A stretch of DNA of 64,000 nucleotides, taken from Candidatus Marinacidobacterales bacterium (lineage in GTDB: Bacteria > Acidobacteriota > Vicinamibacteria > Marinacidobacterales > SMYC01). Below the pieces are notes generated by a model. That model did not search any database. It worked only from the letters and a program-made list of their open reading frames with translations, and had not been told where the DNA came from. Positions 29,839 through 39,541 of the stretch are shown one piece after another (position 1 is the stretch's first letter; each line of letters opens with the position of its first letter). The stretch spans positions 2,720,001 to 2,784,000 of the forward strand of contig OZ250169.1 in the NCBI GenBank assembly GCA_965237955.1. The letters run 5' to 3'. A program made the position numbers and the translations under genes.

Positions 29839-31215
29839 ATGGGCAAGCTGAAGACCGCTTTCGTCTGCCAACAATGTGGCATGACAGCCAACAAGTGGCT
29901 GGGCCGGTGTCCCGATTGCGACGCGTGGAACAGTTTCATCGAAGAGACGGCGCCCGCTGCCGATAGCGAACCGCGCTCGGCCGTGGGAACGTCGACGCGA
30001 CCGCAACGTTATGCCGAAGTCGAGACCGGCGACTCGCTGCGGGTCACAAGTGGGCTCGAAGAGTTCGACCGCGTACTCGGCGGCGGCATCGTGTCCGGCT
30101 CGTTGGTGCTTCTCGGTGGAGACCCGGGCATCGGGAAATCGACGCTCCTCCTTCAAGTTGCTGCTGCACGCGGTGCGCCTGTCGTCTACGTCAGTGGCGA
30201 GGAATCGGAGCGACAGATCAAGCTTCGAGGCGAGCGGCTCGGCGTCGATGCCAGCTCCGTTCTGCTCTACAGTGAGACCCAGCTCGAGCGCATTCTCGAT
30301 GCGCTTCGCACCGAAACGCCCGAGTACGTCGTGCTCGACTCGGTGCAGACGGTTTACTCTCCCAAATTCTCGTCTGCGCCGGGAAGCATCAGTCAAGTGC
30401 GCGGAGTGACCGCCGAGCTCCTATACTTTGCGAAGTCGACGTCGACCCCCGTCTTTCTCATCGGTCACGTCAACAAAGAAGGTAATCTCGCGGGCCCCAA
30501 AGCGCTCGAGCACATGGTCGACACCGTGCTTTCTTTCGAAGGCGACCGACACCATGCTCACCGCATCGTTCGAGCGGTGAAGAATCGCTACGGCGCCGCC
30601 GGCGAGCTCGGTGTCTTCGAGATGACGTCGAGCGGACTCGAGCCTGTGTCCAACCCTTCGGGGTTGTTTTTGTCCGAGCGGCCCCGGAATACGCCCGGCT
30701 CCGCCGTGGTGTGCTCGCTCGAAGGGACGCGCTCGCTCCTTCTCGAGATCCAGACGCTCACGTCGACGTCGAGCTTCGGCTATCCTCGGCGCGTCTCCGT
30801 CGGCTTCGATGCGAACCGCCTATCGCTCCTCCTCGCGGTACTCGAAAAGCGCGCCGGTGTTTCGCTCGCCGGAGAAGACGTTTACGTCAACGTTGCCGGC
30901 GGGCTGGCGGTATCCGAGCCGGTGGCCGACTTGGGCCTGGTTGCGTCTGTCGCGTCGAGCTTCCGCGGTCAACCGGTCGACGCGGACACCGCGTTCATCG
31001 GTGAGGTTGGACTCGCGGGCGAGGTGCGGTCGGCGCAACAGATGGCGCTTCGTTTGAAAGAGGTCGCCCGGCTTGGTTTCCGTCGCGCGATCGTGCCGGC
31101 CGGGAATTGCCCGGTGGACGAGGCCCCGTATGAGAACGCTGAAATCGCCGAGCTCGAGATCGTAGGGCTTCGTAATATTGACGAGCTCATGGAGTTGATT
31201 TTCCGAGTCGGGTAG
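29839..31215 (+). CDS. radA: DNA repair protein RadA/Sms
   Basis: C4 Zn finger, GDPGIGKST and KNRYG motifs. Confidence 0.98.
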   Translation: MGKLKTAFVCQQCGMTANKWLGRCPDCDAWNSFIEETAPAADSEPRSAVGTSTRPQRYAEVETGDSLRVTSGLEEFDRVLGGGIVSGSLVLLGGDPGIGKSTLLLQVAAARGAPVVYVSGEESERQIKLRGERLGVDASSVLLYSETQLERILDALRTETPEYVVLDSVQTVYSPKFSSAPGSISQVRGVTAELLYFAKSTSTPVFLIGHVNKEGNLAGPKALEHMVDTVLSFEGDRHHAHRIVRAVKNRYGAAGELGVFEMTSSGLEPVSNPSGLFLSERPRNTPGSAVVCSLEGTRSLLLEIQTLTSTSSFGYPRRVSVGFDANRLSLLLAVLEKRAGVSLAGEDVYVNVAGGLAVSEPVADLGLVASVASSFRGQPVDADTAFIGEVGLAGEVRSAQQMALRLKEVARLGFRRAIVPAGNCPVDEAPYENAEIAELEIVGLRNIDELMELIFRVG

Positions 31216-31243
31216 TCCGACTCGAATCCGAAGAGTAACGATT

Positions 31244-32248
31244 ATGTGGATAGTCTTGATACGCGGACTTCTTCTTGCGGGGGTGGCGGCGGCATCCGTC
31301 GCCTACGAGCCGCTACCGTGGGGCCCTCCGGCAAATCTCGCGTTGGGCATCGCGATCGGCGCGGCCATCATCTTTCTCGAGACTTGCATCCGCGCCGTAA
31401 GCGCGAAGCAAGTCGCGGTCGGTTTTCTCGGCGCTCTCGTCGGCGTCCTCTTTGCGCTCATCGTCAGCATTCCCCTGGGAAAGATTCCGATGGCGGGAGA
31501 CACCCAGGCTTTCTGGCAGTCGCTCGTCCTCCTGTTGTTCATCTACGTGGGCTTGATGCTGGGCTGGAAAAAGGGCGAGTGGTTCGACCCGCTGTCGATC
31601 AAGGCGTACTTTCTCGGCACGACGACACAGAAAAACAAGAAGATCCTGGACACGAGCGTCATCATCGACGGCCGCATCGCGGACATCTGCGAGACCGGGT
31701 TCATGGACGGCACGCTGATCATCGCGCACTTCGTGCTCAAAGAGCTCCAGCAGGTCGCCGACTCGGCGGATTCCCTCAAGCGCAACCGCGGCCGGCGCGG
31801 CCTCGATATCCTTCAGAAAGTCCGCAAGATGAGCGACATCGATGTGGAGATCTCCGAGCTCGACTATCCCGACGTCAAGGAAGTCGACCTCAAGCTCATC
31901 GAGCTCGCCCAGGACCTGGACGCGAAGATCGTCGCCAATGACTTCAACTTGAACAAAGTCGCCCAAGTGCGCGGGGTTCAGGTGTTGAACATCAACGAGC
32001 TTGCGAACGCGCTGAAGCCGGTCGTTCTTCCCGGAGAGTTCATGCGGGTCTTCATCCTCAAGGAGGGCAAGGAGTACAACCAGGGTGTGGCTTATCTCGA
32101 CGACGGCACCATGGTGGTCGTCGACAACGCTAGAAAACTTCTCGGCAAAAACGTCGACGTCACCGTCACCAGCGTACTCCAAACGACCGCGGGCAAAATG
32201 ATTTTCGGCAAAGCTATAGAATCGAACGCCTCCGTGGCCGCTAGATAG
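31244..32248 (+). CDS. PIN/TRAM domain membrane protein (YacL-like)
   Basis: KILDTSVIIDGRI, DFNLNKVA and YLDDGTMVVV motifs. Confidence 0.95.
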   Translation: MWIVLIRGLLLAGVAAASVAYEPLPWGPPANLALGIAIGAAIIFLETCIRAVSAKQVAVGFLGALVGVLFALIVSIPLGKIPMAGDTQAFWQSLVLLLFIYVGLMLGWKKGEWFDPLSIKAYFLGTTTQKNKKILDTSVIIDGRIADICETGFMDGTLIIAHFVLKELQQVADSADSLKRNRGRRGLDILQKVRKMSDIDVEISELDYPDVKEVDLKLIELAQDLDAKIVANDFNLNKVAQVRGVQVLNINELANALKPVVLPGEFMRVFILKEGKEYNQGVAYLDDGTMVVVDNARKLLGKNVDVTVTSVLQTTAGKMIFGKAIESNASVAAR

Positions 32249-32309
32249 TCGGTAGGTCGCTAACCAGCACGGCGGTCCCCTTGCCGGGGCGCCGCAATTA
32301 GCAGACTGG

Positions 32310-32379
32310 GCTATCCGCTATCCGCTGTCCGGCGCCCGGTTTCACAAGGCTGCGAGTGCACCGGGATAGCGGGTAGCGA
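32310..32379. repeat. Variant heptamer palindrome (GCTATCC units)
   Basis: GCTATCC GCTATCC GCTGTCC...GGATAGC GGGTAGC; the same unit recurs at about 35130-35147. Confidence 0.7.
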
Positions 32380-32417
32380 CACGATGCGCTCGTGATAAAA
32401 CATACACGAGGGAATTT

Positions 32418-33140
32418 CTGATCGACTGGCTCAAGCTTCGGACGCTCTTCTGGTTCATTCCGTTGGTGACGGTCAACACCATCGTCTGTGGAGCCGTCTC
32501 TCTTCTCGTCGCAGTCATCTTTCGTAGCGGCGAACCGTCGCATCGGGTCGCGAGCCTCTGGGCGTGGCTCATTCTCAAGATCTGCCTGGTTCGGGTCGAG
32601 ATCGAGGGCGCAGGAAATCTCGAGCGTGGTCAGACTTACGTGCTGGCGTCGAATCACCAGAGTCTTTTCGACACCCCCATTCTTTTCGCGTATCTCCCGA
32701 TTTCCTTTCGCATTCTCTACAAGAAGTCGTTGAACCGAGTTCCGTTCCTCGGGTGGCACCTCTTCATGAGTGGTCATATCCGGGTCGAGCGGGAAAGCCT
32801 CACCAAGGCGCGGGAGAGTCTCGAACACGCTGCGGTACGGATCCGGAACGGCACGTCGGTCGCGGTGTTCCCGGAGGGTACGAGAAGCTACGATGGGGTC
32901 ATGCGGACGTTCAAGAAGGGCAGCTTCCGGCTCGCGATCAAGGCGGGAGCAGCTATCGTGCCGATGACGATCATCGGCAGCCACATGGTGATGAAACGAG
33001 GCCAGGTGACCGTCTACCCGAAAACGGTGAAGCTCGTTATCGACCGCCCGATTCCCGTCGCGGACCTCGACGAGGATCAAGCGGACCCGCTGATGAAGCA
33101 GGTGCGGAGCGTCGTGAGCCGCAACCTGGAGCGCGGGTGA
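32418..33140 (+). CDS. plsC: 1-acyl-sn-glycerol-3-phosphate acyltransferase; probable CTG start
   Basis: NHQSLFD and FPEGTRS motifs; the frame extends to CTG 32418 after GAGGGA. Confidence 0.88.
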   Translation: MIDWLKLRTLFWFIPLVTVNTIVCGAVSLLVAVIFRSGEPSHRVASLWAWLILKICLVRVEIEGAGNLERGQTYVLASNHQSLFDTPILFAYLPISFRILYKKSLNRVPFLGWHLFMSGHIRVERESLTKARESLEHAAVRIRNGTSVAVFPEGTRSYDGVMRTFKKGSFRLAIKAGAAIVPMTIIGSHMVMKRGQVTVYPKTVKLVIDRPIPVADLDEDQADPLMKQVRSVVSRNLERG

Positions 33141-33150
33141 TGCTTTTTCT

Positions 33151-33242
33151 AACGCAAAGGCGCAAAGACGCAAAGACGCAAAGAAAGAATCCGCGCCGAA
33201 GGCGCTTCACTTTGCGCCTTCGCGCCTTTGCGCCTTTGCGTT
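33151..33242. repeat. Octamer-armed palindromic element B1 (92 bp)
   Basis: 4x RCGCAAAG, 26-bp core with GCGCC-GAA-GGCGC hairpin, then the inverted arm. Confidence 0.92.
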
Positions 33243-33254
33243 GAACAAGGGGCC

Positions 33255-33950
33255 ATGGTCACGGCTAGCGCTATCATCGTTGCCGGTGGGTCGGGAAGCC
33301 GGTTCCGCTCGGAGACGCCGAAACAGTTCCTCGCATTGTCGGGGAAGCCGCTTCTGGCGCATACGCTCGCGCGTTTCGATGCTTGTGCCGCCATCGCGCA
33401 GATTGTACTCGTGTTGCCTGGTGATGGATTCAACCCGGCGCGCGAGATGATGGAGCGGTTCGTCGGCGACAAGCCGACCGACATCGTACCCGGTGGTGAT
33501 ACGCGTCAAGCGTCCGTCGGCGAAGGGCTCAGCTGTCTCGACCCTCAGCCTTCGAGCTTGATCGCGGTGCATGACGGTGCCCGTCCGCTGGTCGACGAAG
33601 AGCTCATCACCCGGGTCGTGGAAAAAGCGTCCGAGCACGGCGGTGCCATCGCTGCGATTCCAGTCGTCGAGACGTTGAAGGAAGTGTCGGACGCGATGGC
33701 GATCGAGCGCACTGTGGACCGACAGCGATACTACCGCGCACAGACGCCGCAATGTTTCCGCTACCGCGTCCTCTGTGAGGCATTCGAGGCGGCTCGGCGT
33801 GATGGTTTCGTCGGCACCGACGAGGCCGAGCTCGTCGAGCGCTTGGATGCTACGATTCACGTTGTGGCCGGGAGCGAGCACAACATCAAGGTAACGACCC
33901 CCGAGGACATGGCGCGCGCGGAATACTACTTGAGGAGCCTGAGCGGATGA
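33255..33950 (+). CDS. ispD: MEP cytidylyltransferase
   Basis: AGGSGSR, PKQF, HDGARP and AQTPQ motifs. Confidence 0.97.
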   Translation: MVTASAIIVAGGSGSRFRSETPKQFLALSGKPLLAHTLARFDACAAIAQIVLVLPGDGFNPAREMMERFVGDKPTDIVPGGDTRQASVGEGLSCLDPQPSSLIAVHDGARPLVDEELITRVVEKASEHGGAIAAIPVVETLKEVSDAMAIERTVDRQRYYRAQTPQCFRYRVLCEAFEAARRDGFVGTDEAELVERLDATIHVVAGSEHNIKVTTPEDMARAEYYLRSLSG

Positions 33951-34423
33951 GCTCGCGGGTGGGGATCGGTTTCGACGCGCACCGCCTCGTGGAAGGGCGC
34001 GAGCTGGTGCTCGGCGGTGAGCACATCGATTACGAGCGCGGACTCGTTGGGCATTCCGATGGCGACGTCCTCCTTCACGCTCTCGCCGACGCGTTGTTGG
34101 GCTCCGTCGCCGCACCCGATATCGGAGCACTCTTTCCCTCGGGCGATCCCGCGTGGAAGGGCGTGTCGAGCCAGCAGTTTCTCGAGAAGGCGCGTGCCGT
34201 CGTCGAGGAAAAGGGCTTTCGCGTGCACCAAGTCGATGTCGTCGTGATCGCGGAAGCACCCAAGCTTGCTGCGTATGTCCCATCGATCCGCGATCGTCTT
34301 TCCGTCATCCTCGGGATCCCGTTGGGATCAATAGGGCTGAAAGCGACGACGACCGACGGCATGGGGTTCACCGGGCGCGGCGAAGGAATTGCCGTTCAAG
34401 CGGTCGCTACGGTCACGACGTGA
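33947..34423 (+). CDS. ispF: MECDP synthase
   Basis: GIGFDAH, GHSDGDV and KATTTDGMGFTGRGEG motifs. Confidence 0.97.
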   Translation: MSSRVGIGFDAHRLVEGRELVLGGEHIDYERGLVGHSDGDVLLHALADALLGSVAAPDIGALFPSGDPAWKGVSSQQFLEKARAVVEEKGFRVHQVDVVVIAEAPKLAAYVPSIRDRLSVILGIPLGSIGLKATTTDGMGFTGRGEGIAVQAVATVTT

Positions 34424-35139
34424 ATCTCGTTCACGGCGTGCGCGCAGTGCGCGAAGCGCTCCGAGCGACGCCCCGACGCGTGCGCAAGCTCGTGCTGGCG
34501 GAGGGTCCCCTCGACGCGCGTAAGCAGGAGCTCATGGCGCTTGCGCGTGAGCACGGCATCCCGGTGTATAGGGAAGCCCGTGACCGTGCGGGCCGACAAC
34601 ATCAACAGGGGGTGGTGGCGGAGCTCGCGGCATTCGAGTGGATGGATTTCGACGCGCTCGTTGACGAAGCGCCCGCCCCTGCATTTTTCCTCGTGCTCGA
34701 TCAGGTCGAAGACCCGCGCAACTTCGGCGCCGTGGTCCGGGCCGCCGATGGCGCCGGTGTGCACGGTATCGTGGTTCCCGAGCGGAAGACGGCGCCTCCG
34801 TCCGACGTCGCCATCGCCGCCTCCGCCGGAGCCCTTCATCACGCCCGAATCGCCCGGGTCCGAAACATCTCCGACACGCTGAGCTCTCTGAGAGAGCGTG
34901 GCGTGTGGGTGATCGGCCTGAGCCCGGACGCGAAGGACCCGTGGTCGAGCTTTGACTACAAAGAGCCAGTCGCGATCGTGCTCGGCTCCGAGGGCAGGGG
35001 CCTGAGAAAGAGAGTCGCCGCCACCTGCGACACCCTGGTCTCGTTGCCCCAAATGGGCCAAGTGGAGTCCCTAAACCTCTCCGTAGCCGCCGGAATCGTG
35101 CTCTACGAGGTGGTCCGCCAACGGGCGGAAAGCGGGTAG
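34420..35139 (+). CDS. rlmB: 23S rRNA Gm2251 methyltransferase (TrmH/SpoU family)
   Basis: LDQVEDPRNFGA, GSEGRG and SLNLSVA motifs; GTG overlaps the ispF stop. Confidence 0.93.
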   Translation: MNLVHGVRAVREALRATPRRVRKLVLAEGPLDARKQELMALAREHGIPVYREARDRAGRQHQQGVVAELAAFEWMDFDALVDEAPAPAFFLVLDQVEDPRNFGAVVRAADGAGVHGIVVPERKTAPPSDVAIAASAGALHHARIARVRNISDTLSSLRERGVWVIGLSPDAKDPWSSFDYKEPVAIVLGSEGRGLRKRVAATCDTLVSLPQMGQVESLNLSVAAGIVLYEVVRQRAESG

Positions 35140-35174
35140 CGGGTAGCCGGAGCTCCTGCATGCCGGAATGAACT

Positions 35175-35293
35175 TTGCATTCGCCGCGGGAAGCGCTATA
35201 CTATGGGTTTCCTGGGGAGGGACCCTCGCCTCGACAGTCGCCTCTAGAACTGCGTTTTATGTCTTGCAGGAGCAGTTTGTCCTCTGGTACAAT
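35175..35293 (+). promoter_or_regulatory. Tandem sigma70-like promoters of the tRNA-tuf operon
   Basis: TTGCAT-N16-TATACT (35175-35202) and TTGCAG-N18-TACAAT with TG extension (35264-35293). Confidence 0.55.
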
Positions 35294-35306
35294 CGCCTGT
35301 TTGCGA

Positions 35307-35382
35307 GCTGGCGTAGCTCAGTTGGTAGAGCAGCTGATTTGTAATCAGCCGGTCGGGGGTTCAAATCCCTTCGCCAGCCCCA
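35307..35382 (+). tRNA. tRNA-Thr (TGT)
   Basis: Cloverleaf, anticodon loop TTTGTAA, CCA end. Confidence 0.95.
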
Positions 35383-35462
35383 CGTTTCGTGGGCGTGGCC
35401 TCCCCGACCTCGATAAACGGATGACCTTCGGGCGGTGAGCCCTAACTCACTCGTGGAGAACC

Positions 35463-35549
35463 GGAGTGGTAGCGAAGCGGTCAAACGCAGCAGGCTGTAA
35501 ACCTGCCGGCCATGCGCCTTCGAAGGTTCGAATCCTTCCCGCTCCACCA
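35463..35549 (+). tRNA. tRNA-Tyr (GTA)
   Basis: Cloverleaf with long variable arm, loop CTGTAAA, CCA end. Confidence 0.95.
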
Positions 35550-35592
35550 ATTGTTTTGCCAAATTATTGGATGGAGTCAGGGGGATTTGCGC

Positions 35593-35668
35593 GCGGGAGT
35601 AGCTCAGTTGGTAGAGCATCAGCCTTCCAAGCTGAGGGTCGCGGGTCCGAGTCCCGTCTCCCGCTCCA
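35593..35668 (+). tRNA. tRNA-Gly (TCC)
   Basis: GCGGGAG/CTCCCGC acceptor stem, loop CTTCCAA, CCA end; T-loop reads TCCGAGT. Confidence 0.93.
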
Positions 35669-35692
35669 TTTTGTCCGAGCGGTATTGCGAGG

Positions 35693-35767
<75 letters not shown>

Positions 35768-35832
35768 CTTATTTGTAGTGATGACGAGTACAAGCTGTGA
35801 GCTCCTAGTAATGATGTGAATGGAGACTGAGG

Positions 35833-37022
35833 ATGTCGAAAGAGAAATTCGATCGAAGTAAGCCGCATTTGAACGTGGGGACGGTAGGGCACGTGGACCA
35901 CGGGAAGACGACGTTGACGGCGGCGATCACGAAAGTGTTGGCGAAGAACGAGAAAGGCACGTCGTTTCGCAGCTTCGACTCGATCGACAACGCGCCTGAG
36001 GAAAAAGAGCGCGGGATCACGATTGCGACGGCGCACGTGGAGTATTCGACGCCGAACCGTCACTATGCGCACGTGGACTGCCCGGGTCACGCGGACTACG
36101 TGAAGAACATGATCACGGGGGCAGCGCAGATGGACGGTGCGATATTAGTGGTGTCAGCGGCGGACGGCCCGATGCCTCAGACCCGAGAGCACATACTGTT
36201 GGCGCGTCAGGTCGGGGTTCCGTACATCGTGGTGTTTCTGAACAAAGTGGACATGGTGGACGACGAAGAGCTTTTGGACCTGGTGGAGTTGGAAGTACGC
36301 GAGCTATTGTCGCAGTACGAGTTCCCGGGCGACGATATCCCGATCATTCGCGGCAGCGCGTTGAAAGCGCTCGAAGGCGACTCGGAAGAGGATGCAAAGC
36401 CGATCCACGAGCTGATGGCGGCGGTGGACGAATACATCCCGATTCCGAAGCGGGACGTGGACAAACCCTTCCTGATGCCGATCGAGGACGTGTTCTCGAT
36501 CTCGGGTCGGGGCACGGTGGTGACGGGCCGGATCGAGCGCGGGATTGTGAAGGTGAGTGAAGAGATCGAGATCGTGGGAATCACCGAGACGCGCAAGAAG
36601 GTCGTGACCGGGGTGGAGATGTTCAAGAAGCTCCTGGACGAAGGTCAGGCGGGCGACAATGTGGGTGTGCTGCTCCGAGGTACGGAGCGCTCGGACGTGG
36701 AGCGCGGGATGGTTCTGGCGAAGCCGGGGTCGATCACACCGCACACGAAGTTCCAAGCCGAGGTTTACGTGTTGTCGAAGGAAGAGGGCGGTCGTCACAC
36801 GCCGTTTTTCAACGGCTACCGTCCGCAGTTCTACTTCCGGACGACGGACGTGACGGGCTCGGCGACGTTGAACGAGGGAGTGGAAATGGTGATGCCGGGC
36901 GACAACACGTCGCTTGCGATCACGCTGATTACGCCGATCGCGATCGAAAAGGGCTTGCGGTTCGCCATCCGCGAAGGTGGCGGACCGTGGGCGCCGGTAC
37001 CGTGACCGACGTTATCGAGTAG
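35833..37022 (+). CDS. tuf: Elongation factor Tu, copy 1 (1-bp deletion near the 3' end)
   Basis: GHVDHGKT; nearly identical to 52757-53947 but GG at 36979-36980 instead of GGG. Confidence 0.95.
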
Positions 37023-37119
37023 TCCGCCTTCGCTGGGGCATCCTTTATGGTGGGCCGCATGGTGAGTGAGCTCGGTTGAGACTGGATTCAATTTATTTGT
37101 TAGGAAGGGAAGACACGGC

Positions 37120-37272
37120 ATGCCGCGTGACATCGTTTCATTGGCCTGCTCGGAGTGTAAGCGACGCAACTATTCGACCACACGCAACAAGAGAAAGACG
37201 ACGGAGCGCTTGCAGTTCAAGAAGTATTGTCCTTTTTGCCGGACGCACGTGCTTCATAAGGAGTCGAAGTAG
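37120..37272 (+). CDS. rpmG: 50S ribosomal protein L33 (Zn-binding form)
   Basis: CSEC...RNY...KKYCPFC...HKE. Confidence 0.96.
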   Translation: MPRDIVSLACSECKRRNYSTTRNKRKTTERLQFKKYCPFCRTHVLHKESK

Positions 37273-37346
37273 GCCAGTAGCTCAATTGGCAGAGCACCGG
37301 TCTCCAAAACCGGGGGTTGGGGGTTCAAGTCCCTCCTGGCCTGCCA
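37271..37346 (+). tRNA. tRNA-Trp (CCA)
   Basis: AGGCCAG/CTGGCCT acceptor stem, loop CTCCAAA, CCA end. Confidence 0.95.
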
Positions 37347-37409
37347 AACTTTGGGCCGAGTGTTGAGTGGAGATTAGAGGATGTCCGGGCCGAGCAAGAA
37401 GATGACCAA

Positions 37410-37622
37410 GTGAAGATCTTCGATTACTTCAAACGAGCGAGAACGTTCCTCGTCGAAGTGCGGAGCGAGTTCAAAAAAGTAACGTGGCCACCTCGTAAGG
37501 AGGTCTACGGCACGACGATCGTCGTCATTATTACTGTGTTCTTCTTCGGCTTTTATCTCTACGGGCTCGATGTGGCGATGTCGTACCTCGCCGCCGCATT
37601 GACGAGGTTGGTGGGAGCTTAG
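37410..37622 (+). CDS. secE: Preprotein translocase subunit SecE
   Basis: EFKKVTWP motif, single TM segment, canonical position. Confidence 0.94.
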   Translation: MKIFDYFKRARTFLVEVRSEFKKVTWPPRKEVYGTTIVVIITVFFFGFYLYGLDVAMSYLAAALTRLVGA

Positions 37623-37845
37623 GGTCCGCGCAAGGATAAGTTCGCATTTTGGGGCGTCGAGGCGCCCGTATGGCAAGGCGCGAGGAGTGAATGATATCTA
37701 GATATATGAGCATACTTCCAGTTCGGCCGCTGACGCGGCCTAGCCCTCCGCTCGACAGGCTCGCTGCGGAAGGCGGCGAGCAACGCGGCCAGACGGGATG
37801 CATCGGCGTCCCAAAACGTGAAGTTATTCTTACGCGGGCCCTCTA
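37620..37845. mobile_element. MITE-like element with about 54-bp imperfect terminal inverted repeats
   Basis: AGGGTCCGCGCAAGGATAAG... matches ...GTTATTCTTACGCGGGCCCT; bounded by TTAG and CTAG; non-coding. Confidence 0.65.
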
Positions 37846-37858
37846 GGTGACAACGACC

Positions 37859-38392
37859 ATGGCCAAGCAGTGGTACATCGTCCACACCTATTCTGGCTTC
37901 GAGAAGAAGGTGTCGGAGAGCTTGAAACAGCGCGTTCAGGCTTTCGGCCTGGAGGAGCAGATCGGTGACGTTCTGATCCCGACGGAAGACGTCGTGGAGA
38001 TGAAGGGCGGCAAGAAAGTCGTCAGCGCCAAGAGGTTCTTTCCCGGCTATGTGCTCGTGCAAATGGAGATGAACGACGAGACCTGGCACGTCGTGAAGAA
38101 CACGCCGAAAGTGACGGGTTTCGTGGGCGCAGGGCAAAAGCCCGCCCCGCTGACCGACGAAGAGGTGGAACAGGTCATTCATCAGGTGACAGTGGCGGCT
38201 GCGGAAAAGCCCAAGCCCAAGTACACCTTCGAATCGGGCGAGGCGGTTCGCATTATCGACGGGCCGTTCAACAATTTTTCCGGCGTCGTGGACGAGGTCA
38301 ATTCGGACCGTAATACCTTGAAGGTGATGGTCACGATTTTCGGGCGCGCCACGCCGGTGGAACTGGACTTCCTCCAAGTGGAGAAAACATAA
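37859..38392 (+). CDS. nusG: Transcription termination/antitermination factor NusG
   Basis: [16 protein letters not shown] and the KOW domain ending [10 protein letters not shown]. Confidence 0.98.
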   Translation: MAKQWYIVHTYSGFEKKVSESLKQRVQAFGLEEQIGDVLIPTEDVVEMKGGKKVVSAKRFFPGYVLVQMEMNDETWHVVKNTPKVTGFVGAGQKPAPLTDEEVEQVIHQVTVAAAEKPKPKYTFESGEAVRIIDGPFNNFSGVVDEVNSDRNTLKVMVTIFGRATPVELDFLQVEKT

Positions 38393-38395
38393 GGC

Positions 38396-38818
38396 ATGGC
38401 GAAGAGAATCGTAGGTTTGATCAAGCTGCAAATCCCCGCGGGGAAGGCGACGCCGGCACCGCCGGTCGGCCCGGCGTTGGGGCAGCATCAAGTAAACATC
38501 ATGGATTTCTGCAAAGCCTTCAACGCCAGGACGGCGGGCCAGGATGGGCTCATCATCCCGGTCGTCATCACCGTCTACCAGGATCGGTCCTACACCTTCA
38601 TCACCAAGACGCCCCCGGCAGCGGTGCTCCTGAAGCGGGCGGCCGGAATCGCGAAGGGTTCCGGCGAGCCGAACCGCAACAAGGTCGGCAAGGTGACGGA
38701 GAAACAGGTGGAAGAGATCGCCAAGACGAAGATGCCCGATCTGAACGCAGCCGATATCGAAGCCGCGAAGCGGATCGTTGCGGGCACGGCGCGCAGTATG
38801 GGCCTGGAAGTCGAGTAG
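38396..38818 (+). CDS. rplK: 50S ribosomal protein L11
   Basis: [10 protein letters not shown] and KMPDLNA motifs. Confidence 0.98.
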   Translation: MAKRIVGLIKLQIPAGKATPAPPVGPALGQHQVNIMDFCKAFNARTAGQDGLIIPVVITVYQDRSYTFITKTPPAAVLLKRAAGIAKGSGEPNRNKVGKVTEKQVEEIAKTKMPDLNAADIEAAKRIVAGTARSMGLEVE

Positions 38819-38827
38819 ACAATCATC

Positions 38828-39520
38828 ATGTCCGGTAAGAAATACAAAAAGGCGAAAGAAGAAGCAGGGACCGAGCCCTCTGAGAGCCTCGAGCACGCTA
38901 TCGAGCGCGTCAAGAAGGCCAGATTCGTGGGCTTCGACGAGACGTTGGACTTGGCAATGCGCCTCGGCGTCAACCCGAAGCACGCCGACCAAATGGTGCG
39001 CGGCACTGTCGTGTTGCCGCATGGACTCGGTGTCTCACGGCGCGTCTGCGTCATCGCGAGCGGCGAGAAGATGAAAGAGGCAGAGGACGCCGGTGCCGAT
39101 ATCGTTGGCGGTGAGGACCTGGTCGAGAAGATCCAGAAGGGGTTCATGGATTTCGATGCCGTGGTCGCGACCCCCGACGTGATGCGCTCCGTGGGTAAGC
39201 TCGGTAAGGTGCTCGGCCCGCGCGGACTCATGCCGAACCCGAAGACAGGCACCGTGACCTTCGACGTCTCAAAGGCCGTTCAGGAGATCAAGGCGGGGAA
39301 GGTGGAGTTTCGTGTCGACAAGACCGCTATCGTTCATGCTCCCGTTGGCAAGATGTCGTTTCCGGACGACAAGCTTCTCGAGAATCTGAGAACGCTCATC
39401 GACACCGTCCTGAAGGCGAAGCCGGCGGCGGCCAAGGGCAAGTACGTCAAGAGCATCGCTATCTCGTCCACGATGGGGCCGGGGGTTCGGATCGACCCCG
39501 CGGCCGTGGGCGCCAAGTAG
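38828..39520 (+). CDS. rplA: 50S ribosomal protein L1
   Basis: [11 protein letters not shown] and SSTMGPG motifs. Confidence 0.98.
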   Translation: MSGKKYKKAKEEAGTEPSESLEHAIERVKKARFVGFDETLDLAMRLGVNPKHADQMVRGTVVLPHGLGVSRRVCVIASGEKMKEAEDAGADIVGGEDLVEKIQKGFMDFDAVVATPDVMRSVGKLGKVLGPRGLMPNPKTGTVTFDVSKAVQEIKAGKVEFRVDKTAIVHAPVGKMSFPDDKLLENLRTLIDTVLKAKPAAAKGKYVKSIAISSTMGPGVRIDPAAVGAK

Positions 39521-39541
39521 CCAAGTAAGAAAGGTCCAACA

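Noticed and set aside
1-35139. Frequent TCGA/CTCGAG/GAGCTC as a HIP-like motif
   Set aside because: Plausibly explained by CTC/GTC/ATC followed by GAN codon pairs; excess cannot be shown without a codon-controlled count.
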